From an uncultured delta proteobacterium (GTDB lineage: Bacteria; Desulfobacterota; Binatia; JACPRU01): DNA of 64,000 nucleotides. A program made the translations under genes and the position numbers. Of the stretch, positions 19,636 through 30,239 are shown piece after piece. The notes below the pieces were generated by a model that did not search any database, was not told the DNA's origin, and saw nothing but the letters and a program-made list of their open reading frames with translations. The DNA lies in the NCBI GenBank assembly GCA_963745025.1, contig CAVUWD010000013.1, positions 224,001 through 288,000 of the forward strand, in the 5' to 3' direction. The first letter of the stretch is position 1. The number at the start of each line of letters is the position of its first letter.

Positions 19636-21633
19636 TTACGCCCGCTCTGCCGTGAGAGCCCGGTAGATTTCCGGGAGGCGGAGCGGAAGCTCGGCGACGG
19701 CGGCGACGACGGCATAGCCGTGCGGCCCGAACATGTGCGGCAGATACGCGGATCCTTCACGGTCGACCGTCAAGCAAAACACGCTGAGGCCTTGCAGGCG
19801 CGCTTCGGCGACGGCTTGCCGAGTGTCTTCGATGCCGTAGCGTCCCTCGTACTCGTCCTCGTCGTTCGGCTTGCCGTCGGAGAGCAGGAAGAGCAGACGC
19901 ACACGGCTGCGCTGCCGCGCGAGGAGCCCGGTGAGGTGGCGGATCGGTGCCCCGAGGCGGGTGTACGCGGAGCCGGAAAGACCGCCGATTCGCGCTCGCG
20001 CCGCGTCGCCGTAGCGCTCCTCGAGCGCCTTGGCACGCTCCACCCGGACGTCGCGCGCCCCGCGTCCCGAGAATGCGTAGATACCGTAGCGGTCGCCGAG
20101 CGACTCGAGGGCCTCGCAGAAAACTAGCGTCGCCTGCTTCTCCACCTCGAGCACGGTTCGGCCGCCGCTCACCCACGAGTCCGTCGAGCCGCTCGCATCG
20201 ACGAGGAAGGCGACCGTCACGTCGCGCCGTAGCGGATGCTCGGCGAGGTAGAGGCGTTCGCTCGGCGTCCGGCTCGCCGAGCGGTCCGCGAAGTCTTCGA
20301 CGAACGCGTCGAGATCGATCTCGTCTCCGTCGCGCTCGCGCGGCCGCCGCTCGCGCCGCGGCCGCAACCTCTCGAAACGTCGCCGCAACCCTGCCAGCAG
20401 CGGGCGATGCTCCTCGAGCACACGCAGGCTCCACGATAGCTCGCCCGGAGCTGCGGCGACCTCACGAACGGCACAGTAGGCTCGCCGATAGCGATCCGTT
20501 CGGTAGTCCCATTCAGGGTAGCGAAGGCCAAGCGCGTCGGAAGGCGCGGCGTTTGTCGGTTCGGTCGTGCTCCGCGCCCGCTCGCTCTCGGATTCGAGCG
20601 CCTCGTGGACCCGAGCGGAGGAGCGTATGCGAGGGAGCCGCCCGAGCCGCTCGAGCTCCTCGGCGAGCGCCTCGAGGTCGATGTCCTCGTCGCGGTCCTC
20701 GGGCCTACGGAGGCCCGCCGGATCCTGGATCGACTGTGGCGGATCGCCGAACGGAACGAAGAAAGGCCCCGACCGGGAATTCTGTTCCTCCTCGTCGACC
20801 TCGCGTGCCTCGAGCCGGCGACCGAGACGCCGCGAGCGGAGGGGGCGAGTGCGCGGCGCCGTCGGCGGTGACGGGTCTCGCCTCCGTTCGCCTGCGGAGA
20901 CGAGGTCGGGCCGCGGAGATCCCCAATGCGGAACCGGCGCCATGCCTCGATAGGGCCCGGCAAAGCGTGGCTCGCGTGTCAGCCGGGTCGCCCATTCGGC
21001 CGCCTGGGGCGCCTCGCGCTCGATGCGGGCGGCGCCCGCGAGAAAGTCGCGGACGATCTCTTCGACGGCGCGCTCGGCAGCGGAGAGCGAATCGAGAGGT
21101 GGCCGGCGCTCGAGCGCCATTCGTCGGGCGGCGCCGACCTGGGGCTCGAGGCCGGGGAGCTCGACGGTGAGCCAGGCATCGATGCGCGCACCGTCCGCCG
21201 CCCAGAAAAGATCACGCGCCGGCGCCGGCGCCGGACAGACCTCGATGGAGCCGCCGGCGAGCCGTGCGCCGAGCGACAGGGCGATGAGACGGAAGAGCCC
21301 GCGATCCTCCGCCTCGGTTCCGAAGATCTCGAGCCATCGTGGCAGGAAGATCTGCGTGCCATCGGTGAAGCCGGTCGGCTCGGGCGTGATCTCCCATGGC
21401 GCGGGAGTGCCGAGCCGGCGGGCCAGCCAGCCCGCGCGCGGCGGGGGATCGCTCGGCACCAGCGGCCACTGACCTCCGAAGCACGCCCTCAGCAGGAAGC
21501 CCAGCCGACGCTCGAGCTCTTCGAGCGTGGCTCCGCGCGCCCGCGCGGGTGCCTGATGCCGCCGCCACAGGGATCGCGCGGCTTCGGTTGCGCGCTCGGC
21601 CGCGTCGAGGAGAACGTCTTCGGCCTCGGGCAT
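19636..21633 (-). CDS. norD: nitric oxide reductase activation protein NorD (VWA)
   Basis: YPEWDY, DGDEIDLD, MIDAS DASGST, YTRLGAPIRH, LSDGKPND. Confidence 0.9.
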   Translation of the reverse strand: MPEAEDVLLDAAERATEAARSLWRRHQAPARARGATLEELERRLGFLLRACFGGQWPLVPSDPPPRAGWLARRLGTPAPWEITPEPTGFTDGTQIFLPRWLEIFGTEAEDRGLFRLIALSLGARLAGGSIEVCPAPAPARDLFWAADGARIDAWLTVELPGLEPQVGAARRMALERRPPLDSLSAAERAVEEIVRDFLAGAARIEREAPQAAEWATRLTREPRFAGPYRGMAPVPHWGSPRPDLVSAGERRRDPSPPTAPRTRPLRSRRLGRRLEAREVDEEEQNSRSGPFFVPFGDPPQSIQDPAGLRRPEDRDEDIDLEALAEELERLGRLPRIRSSARVHEALESESERARSTTEPTNAAPSDALGLRYPEWDYRTDRYRRAYCAVREVAAAPGELSWSLRVLEEHRPLLAGLRRRFERLRPRRERRPRERDGDEIDLDAFVEDFADRSASRTPSERLYLAEHPLRRDVTVAFLVDASGSTDSWVSGGRTVLEVEKQATLVFCEALESLGDRYGIYAFSGRGARDVRVERAKALEERYGDAARARIGGLSGSAYTRLGAPIRHLTGLLARQRSRVRLLFLLSDGKPNDEDEYEGRYGIEDTRQAVAEARLQGLSVFCLTVDREGSAYLPHMFGPHGYAVVAAVAELPLRLPEIYRALTAERA

Positions 21634-21659
21634 CGCTAGTGTCCCGTCCTCTCGGCCCC

Positions 21660-22502
21660 TCAGGCAAGGACGGCCGCGATCACTTCCGAAACCGCCGCGA
21701 GTAGATCCGGATCATCGGAGAGCGGTCCGGCGATGGCCACCTCGCATGCGCGGCGCGGCTCGACACCGCCGGCGATCAGGCAGGCGGCGTGGACGAGCAG
21801 TCGCGTGCTCGCGACCTCGACGAGCCCGCGGTCGCGCAGTCGCCGCACGCGCTCGGCGAGCTTGACCAGGCCCGCTGCGATCGGCCTCTCCACGCCCGCC
21901 TCACGACCTACGATCTCGATCTCGTCGTCGGGCTTGGGAAAGTCGAAGTCGATGGTGACGAAGCGCTGGCGAGTGGAAGGCTTCAGGTCCTTCATCACGT
22001 TTTGATAGCCGGGATTGTACGACACCACGAGCTGGAAGTCGGGATCCGCTGCGACGAGCTCTCCCGCCTTCTCGACGGGAAGCACGCGCCGGTCGTCGGT
22101 GAGCGGATGGATGACGACGACCGTGTCCTGGCGCGCCTCGACGATCTCGTCGAGATAGCAGATCGCGCCGCTCCGCGCGGCGAGCGTCAGCGGGCCGTCC
22201 TGCCACACGGTCTCGCCTCCGTGCACGAGAAAGCGACCCGTGAGATCGTTGGCGGAAAGGTCGTCGTGGCAGGCGACCGTGACGAGCGGGCGACCGAGAC
22301 GCCACGCCATGTGGCGAACGAAGCGGGTCTTGCCGCAGCCAGTCGGCCCCTTGAGCATGATCGGCAAGCGCCGGAGGTGCGCGGCGACGAAGACCTCGAT
22401 CTCGTCGCCTCGCGGCCGGTAGTAGGGCTCCTCCGAGGGGCGTTCGAGCGCCCGCTCGCGCTCCGGGCTCGAAAGCTCGTGAATCGGCCGCCGTGCGTTC
22501 AC
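21660..22502 (-). CDS. norQ: NorQ/CbbQ/NirQ AAA+ ATPase
   Basis: [38 protein letters not shown]; GTGA overlap with norB stop. Confidence 0.92.
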   Translation of the reverse strand: MNARRPIHELSSPERERALERPSEEPYYRPRGDEIEVFVAAHLRRLPIMLKGPTGCGKTRFVRHMAWRLGRPLVTVACHDDLSANDLTGRFLVHGGETVWQDGPLTLAARSGAICYLDEIVEARQDTVVVIHPLTDDRRVLPVEKAGELVAADPDFQLVVSYNPGYQNVMKDLKPSTRQRFVTIDFDFPKPDDEIEIVGREAGVERPIAAGLVKLAERVRRLRDRGLVEVASTRLLVHAACLIAGGVEPRRACEVAIAGPLSDDPDLLAAVSEVIAAVLA

Positions 22503-23839
22503 GCTTTCGCTTTGGCAGGGGCCCTCGGAGGTCCCGCGGCGGCGAAGTCCCAGATGAAGGCGACCAGGCCGAGCGAGAACACGACCGAGGTTGCTAGCCA
22601 CATCAGGTAATGGACTTGGATCTTCTGCTGGGTCTCGAGGTAGCCGAAGCCCATGATGCGCTCGAGGTAGGTTTGCGCGAGGCCCGCCGCCGCCAGAGCC
22701 ATCGTCATTCCGAGCATGCCACCGACCATCAACCAGAAGGCGGCGATCCCGAGCTTGGTCTGCCGCTCCTCGGCCGGCGTGCCGGTCAGCTCTGGAAGCG
22801 CATAGGTGATCATGCCGAGCGTGATCATCGCGTAGGCGCCGAAGAACGCCATGTGGCCGTGCATGGTGGTGATGTGGGTGCCATGTGTCCAGCGGTTCAC
22901 CTGCGGCCAGGTGTGCGCGAGTCCGAGGATACCGGCGCCGAGCGTCGAGAAGATCGCCGAGCCGATCGTCCAGTGAAGCGCCAGTGTGTTGGGGTGTCCA
23001 AGACCCGAGCGCCGCAGAATGCTGTAGGCGTAAGCCGCCATCGCCAGGAAGGCGAGCGGCTCGAGCGCCGAGAATACGCCGCCGATCCACAACCAGTACG
23101 GCGGTACGCCAATCCAATAGTAATGGTGGCCCGTTCCCAGAACGCCGGAGAGAAATGTCAAGCCGACGATCACGTAGAGCCACTTCTCCATGACTTCCCG
23201 GTCCGCTCCGGAGAGGCGGATCAGCAAGAAGGCGAGCATGCCTCCGAGCACGAGCTCCCACACGCCCTCCACCCAGAGATGCACCACCCACCAGCGATAG
23301 AAGCGATCGAGCGTGTAGTTGTCGAAATTGATCAGCGCGGGAACGAAGAGAAGCGCGGTCGCCGCGAGCCCACCGACGAGGATCCCTTCGGTCGTCGTGA
23401 AGCGTCGGGCGCTGCGGATCGTCATCACCAGATTGACCAGGAACATGGCCATGACGACGACGACGCCGAGCTTCAGCACGAAGGGCATCTCGAGCAGCTT
23501 CCGCCCCTCGGTCACGCCGAAGAGATAGCGGTCGACGGTGATCACGCCGATCGCCAGCCAGAGACCCAGCTGAAGATAAGCGAGACGCGTGCTCCAGATC
23601 TCCGTGCGCGACTCCTCCGGAACGATGAAGTACGCGGCGCCCATGAAGCCCGTGATCGTCCAGACGAGCAGCAGGTTCGTATGGATCTCCTTCGAGGTGG
23701 CGAAGTTGAGCGCGTCGATCAACGGGTCCGGGCCGAGGTACTTGGCGAGGCTGAGAAACCCGAACACGACCTGCAGCCCGAAGAGCAATATGGCGGAGAA
23801 AAAGTAGGCGTAGGCGATGCGCTGAGATTCGTAGGTCAT
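22499..23839 (-). CDS. norB: cytochrome c-dependent nitric oxide reductase large subunit
   Basis: [44 protein letters not shown]. Confidence 0.95.
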   Translation of the reverse strand: MTYESQRIAYAYFFSAILLFGLQVVFGFLSLAKYLGPDPLIDALNFATSKEIHTNLLLVWTITGFMGAAYFIVPEESRTEIWSTRLAYLQLGLWLAIGVITVDRYLFGVTEGRKLLEMPFVLKLGVVVVMAMFLVNLVMTIRSARRFTTTEGILVGGLAATALLFVPALINFDNYTLDRFYRWWVVHLWVEGVWELVLGGMLAFLLIRLSGADREVMEKWLYVIVGLTFLSGVLGTGHHYYWIGVPPYWLWIGGVFSALEPLAFLAMAAYAYSILRRSGLGHPNTLALHWTIGSAIFSTLGAGILGLAHTWPQVNRWTHGTHITTMHGHMAFFGAYAMITLGMITYALPELTGTPAEERQTKLGIAAFWLMVGGMLGMTMALAAAGLAQTYLERIMGFGYLETQQKIQVHYLMWLATSVVFSLGLVAFIWDFAAAGPPRAPAKAKA

Positions 23840-23859
23840 GGGAAGGGTGGCTCCTTGGG

Positions 23860-24669
23860 TTACTGCAGGGTCTTCAAGTAGGCGACCAGGTCCTTCACCT
23901 GCTCGGGCTTCAACACCTTTTCGTAAGTGTCCGGCATGAGCGAGGTCCCCGCGGGGGTTCTATATTTGTCACCGGGAACGATGAACGCGCTCGGCTTGAG
24001 GATCGACTCCTCGAGATAGTCCGCGCCAATCTTCGCCGAGCCCTTGTACTGCGGGTCATGAATGCGCTCGTCGGCGTGCTTGCCGATCGCGGCGAGCGAT
24101 GGACCGACCAACACCACGCCCGGCTCCGTCGCGTGACAGGTCAGGCAGATCCCTGCGCCGTTGAAGAGCGCCTTGCCACGGCTCGATGGCTCGTCCGAGG
24201 TGGCAACCCCGGCCACACCGGGAAGCCCGCGACTCGACACACCCGAGACGAGGATCGGCCGCGGCGGCCAGCCATTGGTGTCGATGTGTCCGACCCAGTC
24301 GAGAAACGCGACCACGGCCGCGATCTCGTCTGGGGAGAGACCGAGTGTGGGCATTAGGCGCCCGTCGCGAGCCTCGGAATAAAACTTCGACGGGTCGGCG
24401 AGGAACTGGGTCAGATAGGCAGGCCCGCGTTGCGAGACGATCTGCGTCAGGTCGGGCGCATAGTAAGCCCCTTCCCCGAGAAGCGTGTGGCAGTTCTCGC
24501 AGTTGTACTTCCCCCATACGTGCTTGCCGTGCCGCACCGTTTCGGTGAGGCCCTCCTCGTGGGTGCGCGCGGCGATCGTGGTGTGCGTGTGGATCGTCAG
24601 CAGGATGAACAGCGTGACGAAGAAGAACGTGCCGGCGAAGAAGAAGCCACGCGTGGTGGACTTGGTCAT
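23860..24669 (-). CDS. norC: nitric oxide reductase cytochrome c subunit with extra C-terminal heme domain
   Basis: TM anchor, [18 protein letters not shown]; second CLTCH..GPSL..MP domain. Confidence 0.9.
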   Translation of the reverse strand: MTKSTTRGFFFAGTFFFVTLFILLTIHTHTTIAARTHEEGLTETVRHGKHVWGKYNCENCHTLLGEGAYYAPDLTQIVSQRGPAYLTQFLADPSKFYSEARDGRLMPTLGLSPDEIAAVVAFLDWVGHIDTNGWPPRPILVSGVSSRGLPGVAGVATSDEPSSRGKALFNGAGICLTCHATEPGVVLVGPSLAAIGKHADERIHDPQYKGSAKIGADYLEESILKPSAFIVPGDKYRTPAGTSLMPDTYEKVLKPEQVKDLVAYLKTLQ

Positions 24670-24890
24670 CTCAGGTCCTCTTCGCGACTCGCCTGGCGCG
24701 GATTCCGCGCGGCGCGCAGCGTATTGTAGGCCGCCGCGAAGAAGGCACCGACACCCGCGGCGGTCGCCCCGCCGACCGCGACATCGGCGGCGACAGGCGC
24801 TCCGTAACGGCCGAGGAGCGGTGCCGCCAAGACGAGACCAGCGGCGACGAGCACGAGGCTAACGATCGCCAACTCGAGACGATCCCTCAT
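24666..24890 (-). CDS. small membrane protein (74 aa) in nor operon
   Basis: Two hydrophobic helices; overlaps the norC start. Confidence 0.65.
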   Translation of the reverse strand: MRDRLELAIVSLVLVAAGLVLAAPLLGRYGAPVAADVAVGGATAAGVGAFFAAAYNTLRAARNPRQASREEDLR

Positions 24891-24894
24891 GACC

Positions 24895-25032
24895 CTACAC
24901 TCCGATGCGCGTGATGTTGTTGAGCCCGATCCCGACGGCGTAGAGCATTGCCGCGACGATCAGAGCGATGACTACGCCGCTCAACGACCAGACGAAGACG
25001 TTGCCATCTGCCGACGAAGGAGTCGTTTGCAT
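24895..25032 (-). CDS. small membrane protein (45 aa) heading nor operon
   Basis: Manual translation MQTTPSSADGNVFVWSLSGVVIALIVAAMLYAVGIGLNNITRIGV*; 4 bp from the next gene; below the ORF-track cutoff. Confidence 0.6.
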   Translation of the reverse strand: MQTTPSSADGNVFVWSLSGVVIALIVAAMLYAVGIGLNNITRIGV

Positions 25033-25131
25033 GCCTCGGCTGTTACGGCAATTTTCCGTGGTGAGCAAGCGGCGGAACCAGCGAGGGCGCTTCCGATGGT
25101 CAAATGAAACTCCATCCCACGTAGTGGTCGC

Positions 25132-25178
25132 TTCTCGCTTTCAGGAAGCGTCCGAGCGTGCCTTCGCAAAAACGGGAA
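25132..25178. promoter_or_regulatory. tandem candidate activator sites upstream of nor operon
   Basis: TTCTCG-CTTT-CAGGAA (25132) and TTCGCA-AAAA-CGGGAA (25163), 31 bp apart. Confidence 0.6.
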
Positions 25179-25204
25179 TTCGTCGGTGCTCGACCGATCT
25201 AGCC

Positions 25205-25474
25205 GGGAAGCGCGTTTCGACGATCGTTCCGGTGTTGCCGCCCGGCACTCGTGTCACCACGGCGAGGCATCACGTGCAGCACGTGGCGACCGAATACGGA
25301 GTCGTCGACCTCTCGTTGCTCGCCGACACGGAGCGTCCCGCGGCGCTCATCGCGCTTGCGCATCCGGACTTTCGGGACGAGCTGAGAAGGGCGATCGCCG
25401 AGCGGCCTTCCGCGAGTCGAGGCCGTCCCCTTCCGGCAGTGGCATCATGGCCCTACCGAAGATTTCCCAGGTAG
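25205..25474 (+). pseudogene. acetyl-CoA hydrolase/CoA-transferase C-terminal remnant
   Basis: STIVPVLPPGTRVTTARHHVQHVATEYGVVDL...LIALAHPDFRDEL; N-terminal domains absent. Confidence 0.75.
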
Positions 25475-26341
25475 CGCAGGCAGAGAGCGAAGGTAGACGA
25501 GAATCGCCTTGACCTCGGCAGCGCTCAGGGTTTCCTGGAAGTGCGTCATCGACGCGGTCTTGTCCTCGAGCATGTGCCAAATCCCTTGGCGGACCTCGTC
25601 GGAAGAGTGCGTGCTGAAGAAGCGCTCGTCGAAGGCAAAATGCGGCGCGGGCCGAGTCAGGAGCGCGCCGGTGGCGCCTTCGCCGTGGAGGCCATGGCAA
25701 GATGAGCAGAAGCGGTCGTAGAGCTCGTAGCCGGGTGAGAGGAGACGAATGAAGCGTGCGAGATCTGCGGCTTCTCGCTCGGTCACGCGCGGCACGAGCG
25801 CCGGCATGCTGCGCCGGCCGTGTCGGGCCAGGCCGCGTAGCTCGCGGTCGCTGACCCCGGCCTGAAATGCCGGAGCGGAGAGATCGAGCGGCCGGTGCTC
25901 CACGCCCGGAGGGAGCTGCGCTTGGGGGTGACCGTAGCGATCATGGCAAGGAGTGCAGCGCTCGTAATAGATCTGCTCGCCAGCATCGACCCATCGCCAC
26001 GATACCGAGGGCAGGTCGTGTAGAAACTGATAAAGGGCTTCCGTATCCGCCGCCTGCCGCGCGATCGATTCGGGGCGGAATTGGAGCTCCATCTTCTTTC
26101 CTGCCTGGATCCTCTCGATTAGCTTCTCGTCGGAGTAGGAGCTCAAGACGTCGTCGCGCCGAAGATCGGCGGGGCGGTTGCGCAGATAGGTGGCATCCGG
26201 ACCGTCACCGATCGCGGTCGGGCCGTGGCAATGGGAGCAATGGGCCATGTAGAGCGCCCGTCCCTTGTCGATGGCGGCTACGCGGGGAATCGGCGAGCCG
26301 AGATCGAAGAGCAGGAAGAGCACTACCGGGACAAGTGTCAT
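25445..26341 (-). CDS. exported triheme cytochrome c (paralog C)
   Basis: CSHCH, CTPCH, CSSCH; shares RLLSPGYELY..C..CHG and EVKAIL.YLRSLP with paralogs A and B. Confidence 0.85.
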   Translation of the reverse strand: MTLVPVVLFLLFDLGSPIPRVAAIDKGRALYMAHCSHCHGPTAIGDGPDATYLRNRPADLRRDDVLSSYSDEKLIERIQAGKKMELQFRPESIARQAADTEALYQFLHDLPSVSWRWVDAGEQIYYERCTPCHDRYGHPQAQLPPGVEHRPLDLSAPAFQAGVSDRELRGLARHGRRSMPALVPRVTEREAADLARFIRLLSPGYELYDRFCSSCHGLHGEGATGALLTRPAPHFAFDERFFSTHSSDEVRQGIWHMLEDKTASMTHFQETLSAAEVKAILVYLRSLPALPGKSSVGP

Positions 26342-26388
26342 CGCGCTACCGCAGGCTTGCCGCGCTCAGTTTCATGCTTCGAAGGGTT

Positions 26389-26404
26389 AGCAAGTAACCT
26401 GCCA
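26389..26404 (-). promoter_or_regulatory. sigma-54 promoter
   Basis: Minus strand TGGCAGGTTACTTGCT; TTCTCA-TTTC-TTGGAC at 26476 with a weaker partner at 26445. Confidence 0.7.
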
Positions 26405-26531
26405 CGACATCGGAGCCGAATTGCGTCACCTCGGTCGATCGAGTCTCGTAGCGCCGGGAAGCCTTCACCCGGCGTTTCTCATTTCTTGGACGAAGCGACG
26501 CCGTATCCTTAACTGGAGGATGAGCATAGGA

Positions 26532-26547
26532 TGGTACGAATCCTGCT
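26532..26547 (+). promoter_or_regulatory. sigma-54 promoter
   Basis: TGGTACGAATCCTGCT; GTG 14 nt after the -12 C. Confidence 0.6.
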
Positions 26548-26559
26548 GACTTCGGACAA

Positions 26560-26781
26560 GTGGAAAACGTAACGGAGCTGCTGCCTTTCGTACTTTCGGT
26601 TATGGCGATCGCAGGCATCGTGTTCCTCGCCACGATCACGATCTCGGCGGCGTGGGTGTATCGATCCTTGCGCGGCATTCACCGAGCCGAATGGCCATTG
26701 ACGGGCAAGCTCGCGGCGATCGAGCTCGACGCGGTTCGGCGGCTGCATTCTTTGGCATCCAGCACCGTCGCGTCTCATTAA
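26560..26781 (+). CDS. small single-TM hypothetical protein
   Basis: Hydrophobic N-terminal helix; start fits the promoter spacing; directly precedes the ACAD gene. Confidence 0.5.
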   Translation: MENVTELLPFVLSVMAIAGIVFLATITISAAWVYRSLRGIHRAEWPLTGKLAAIELDAVRRLHSLASSTVASH

Positions 26782-26804
26782 CGACAGATTTTCTGGAGGG
26801 CTCC

Positions 26805-28021
26805 ATGGACTTCAGCATTCCCGACGAGATCCGCGAGCTTTGCGACGGCATCCAACGCTTCATGGACGAGCACGTCTATCCGCTCGAGCGCTCCGAGCGA
26901 TGGCGCATGGAAGCTGGGCGGCCCGGCGTATCCGCCGCGATGAAGGCGGTGCAGGAACGGGCGAAAGCCCTCGGGTATTGGGCGTTCCACCTGCCGGCCG
27001 AGGCCGGAGGCGCAGGCATCCCGTTCATGCATTACGTCTACGTCAACGAGATCCTCGGCAGGAGCCCGTTCGGGCCGGCTTGCGTGGGCTCCCAGGCGCC
27101 GGACTCGGGGAACGCGGAGATTCTCTGGCGCTTCGGCACGCCGGAGCAGAAGGAAGCGCTGGCTCGAGCCGCTGGTCGCGGGCGATATCCGCAGCTGCTT
27201 CTCGATGACGGAGCCGGAGGTCGCGGGCTCCGATCCGCGCTGGCTCCGCACCACCGCGGTTCGCGACGGCGATCACTACGTCGTCAACGGTCACAAGTGG
27301 TTCTCGAGCGGTGCGCACGGCGCGGCGTTCGCGATCGTCATGGCGCAAGACAATCCCGCAGCATCCCGACCCGCATCGTCGCTTCAGCCAGATCATCGTG
27401 CCGACCGACACGCCGGGCTTCACGATCGAGCGCGGGCATCCCGGTGATGGGCGACGACGACAACCATCACGCCGAGATTCGCTACGAGGACTGCCGCGTG
27501 CCCGGTCACCAATCGTCTCGGCGAGGAGGGATCGGGGTTCGCGATCGCGCAGGAGCGCCTCGGCCCCGGGCGGATCCATCACTGCATGCGCTGGCTCGGC
27601 GTGGCCGAGCGCGCCTTCGAGCTGATGTGTCGCTACGCCACCGAGCGCGAGGTGTTCGGCTCGGCGCTCGCGCGCAAGGCGAACATCCAGGACTGGATCG
27701 CCGAGGCGCGCGCGGACATCCATGCCGCGCGGCTGATGACGCTCCACGCGGCCTGGAAGATCGACACCGCAGGGCAGCGAGGCCGCGCGCGAGGAGATCT
27801 CGCTCATCAAGTTCTTCGGCGCGCAGCGTGCTGCACGAGCGTGGTCGACAAGGCGATCCAGGTGCACGGCGCCGCCGGCGCCACCGAGGATCATGCCGCT
27901 GTCGATGTTCTATCGCCAGGCTCGTCTCGCGCGCATCTACGACGGCCCAGACGAGGTCCACAAGATGGTCGTGGCGCGGCGGATCCTCGCGCCATACGAG
28001 TCGTCGCGCCGCATCACCTAG
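26805..28021 (+). CDS. acyl-CoA dehydrogenase, frameshifted
   Basis: [61 protein letters not shown] across frames; GGAGG RBS. Confidence 0.85.
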
Positions 28022-28074
28022 GTGTCTTTGCCGCTACCGTTGGGGAGAAGGCGCCGACTGGCCGGGTGAGGGGG

Positions 28075-28740
28075 CTACCTTCTCAACGGTCGGGCGCGTC
28101 CACTTCCGCGATTCTTCGTCGCCGGCCGCGAGATCTCGCTCGCCTTCGACTCCGTGGTCGTTTTCGGCGGCGCGCGGCGCTCGCCCCAAAGGCGCTTCGA
28201 GATGCCCCGCAGCGCAGCGCCGATGCTCGCCGGCGGTGCCGCTTCGCGGCTGCGTCGATGGGCTTCCACACGTCGCCGCAATCCTTGGTCGGTCGCGCGA
28301 CGCTCGATCATCGCGAGCAGCAGCTCGACGTGCTCTTCGATGCTGCAATGCTCGTCGGTGCTGGCGCCTGCGGATTCGACGCCGCTGATGCGCAAGAGCT
28401 CGGCGTAAACGCGATCGAGCTCCAGCTCCTCGAGCTCCAGCGCAGTCTTCAAAGCGTCGTCGACGTTCGTCGGCGCGGGCCACGAAGTCAGCGCACGCAC
28501 GAAGCCGCGAATCGAGGCGAGGCTCGTGGCGTCGATCGCCTCGAGCCGTTCGGGCTTCTCGATCGCGAGCGCCGCGGCCGCCGAGAGCAACGAGGCGTGC
28601 TGTCGCTCCGCAGACGCCATCTCGGTCCAGAAGGATGCGAGGTCTCGATCGGCGTGCCAACGAGCCGCGAAACCTTGGTAGAGCTCGCCGATATGGCTCT
28701 CCAGCTCCGCGCACTCGCGAAGTAGATCCGCCAGCTGCAC
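28075..28740 (-). CDS. ferritin-like/rubrerythrin-family protein
   Basis: AELESHIGELY..FWTEMASAERQH..ALELE..EEH; paralog of 17131-17643. Confidence 0.75.
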   Translation of the reverse strand: MQLADLLRECAELESHIGELYQGFAARWHADRDLASFWTEMASAERQHASLLSAAAALAIEKPERLEAIDATSLASIRGFVRALTSWPAPTNVDDALKTALELEELELDRVYAELLRISGVESAGASTDEHCSIEEHVELLLAMIERRATDQGLRRRVEAHRRSREAAPPASIGAALRGISKRLWGERRAPPKTTTESKASEISRPATKNRGSGRARPLRR

Positions 28741-28758
28741 GTCACGCCTCGCTTCGCC

Positions 28759-29220
28759 TCACGAACGAGCTTCCGGAACGGTCGTCAGCACTGGACAGGT
28801 GGAGCTCCGAACCACCTTTTCGGCTACGCTACCGAGCGCCACGCGCCAAACACCCTTTCTCCCGTGCGTCGCCATCACCACCAAGTCGATTCCCAGCTCC
28901 TTCTCCGCGCGAAGGATCTCGGCGATAGGATCGCCGACTCGCGTCATCGTCGAATAGGGGACTTCGCCGTCGAGAGCTTCGAGCGCCGTCGCCTCGAGCT
29001 TGCGCCTCGCCTCGGCCTCCACCCACGCTTCCGCCCCGGCGGCCTGCTCGACCGCGCAGTAATGCTGCTCCGAGAACGCAGCCTCGCGCAGCGGGATGAC
29101 GTGTAGAAGAACGAGCTTGGCGTGGTCGTGGATCGCCAGGCCCTTCGCGAGTTGAAGCGCGGCGAGCGACCCGTCGTCGAACTCGAATGGGACGAGAATC
29201 GACTGAAATGGATGGGTCAT
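28759..29220 (-). CDS. universal stress protein
   Basis: ILVPFEF..DLVVMATHGR..LGSVAEKVVR..CPVLT. Confidence 0.92.
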   Translation of the reverse strand: MTHPFQSILVPFEFDDGSLAALQLAKGLAIHDHAKLVLLHVIPLREAAFSEQHYCAVEQAAGAEAWVEAEARRKLEATALEALDGEVPYSTMTRVGDPIAEILRAEKELGIDLVVMATHGRKGVWRVALGSVAEKVVRSSTCPVLTTVPEARS

Positions 29221-29255
29221 TGGCGTTACTCCGTATCGAAAGGCATCGAAGCGAA

Positions 29256-30092
29256 TCAGTGATAGAGGAATAGGGGAATGGGACTGTCACGGAGCACGGT
29301 CTTCGTTACCGACCCGAGCAGGAACTCCTTCAGCACGGGTTGCCCGTAGGCGCCCATCACCATGAGCTCTGCGCCGAGCTCTCGTGCCCAGTGGAGGAGC
29401 ATCTCCGCGGTCGATTCGACCGGCGCCTCGTCGACGTGCATCTCGGTCTTGACCTCATGGGCGACCAGAAAGTCGAGCGCCCTTTGGGCCGAACGCCGCG
29501 CCTCCATCTTACTCGCGCCGATTGCGACGATGTGGGCCGATTGCGATCTCTGGAGGCCGAGGCCGTGGAAGAGCTGGAGCGCCCGCGACGCCTGGAGGCT
29601 TCCGTCATAGGCGATCACCGTGGCGCTGCCCGCGATCAGCTTGCGCGGCACGGTGACCACGGGCCGCGGGGCGCTTCTCAATACCCGCTCGAGAGTCTCG
29701 CAGGGACGCCGCCGCGTCTCGAAATGAAAGTACGTCTGCTGGCCGAGCAGGATCACGTCGTGCGATTGCGCCTCGAGGTTGATCTGCTCGTGAGGCAAAC
29801 CGACGTCTTCGAGCGCGCGCCAGGCGACGCCGCTTTCGCGACAGCGATCGCCGAAATGCTCCAGGAATTCTTCGACCCGACGCCTCGCATCGGCTAGCAA
29901 GGTCTCGTCGCGGTGGTGCTTGAAGGCCGCTCCGCCGATCGGCGCCGGCGCGCTCTTGACGATCGTCGGCTCGTCGACGATCCCGAGTCCGACGAGCTCC
30001 GCCCCGAAATGGCGCGCCCAGCCGATGCCCAGATCGACCGCGCTCACGCTGAACTCCGATCCATCCAAACCGACGAGGATCTTGCGGATCAC
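29256..30092 (-). CDS. tandem-domain universal stress protein
   Basis: ILVGLDGS; IAYDGS..VMGAYG..LGSVT. Confidence 0.9.
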   Translation of the reverse strand: MIRKILVGLDGSEFSVSAVDLGIGWARHFGAELVGLGIVDEPTIVKSAPAPIGGAAFKHHRDETLLADARRRVEEFLEHFGDRCRESGVAWRALEDVGLPHEQINLEAQSHDVILLGQQTYFHFETRRRPCETLERVLRSAPRPVVTVPRKLIAGSATVIAYDGSLQASRALQLFHGLGLQRSQSAHIVAIGASKMEARRSAQRALDFLVAHEVKTEMHVDEAPVESTAEMLLHWARELGAELMVMGAYGQPVLKEFLLGSVTKTVLRDSPIPLFLYH

Positions 30093-30239
30093 TTGGGTGC
30101 CCCTCGTCTTGGCGATGCTGCGAGAGAGGGCGTCGCCCTCGCCGTGGCGAAGCCACCGATCGAGACCCAAAAGGCGCCGAAGAGCATCAGCGTCACCACG
30201 AATGTCAGCGGGAGTGCGGACGTCAGGGGTCGATCCTCC

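Noticed and set aside
25064-25080. sigma-54 promoter for nor operon (TGGTTCCGCCGCTTGCT)
   Set aside because: Spacing is GG-N11-GC, one base too long. It could be an indel error but is not supportable as read.
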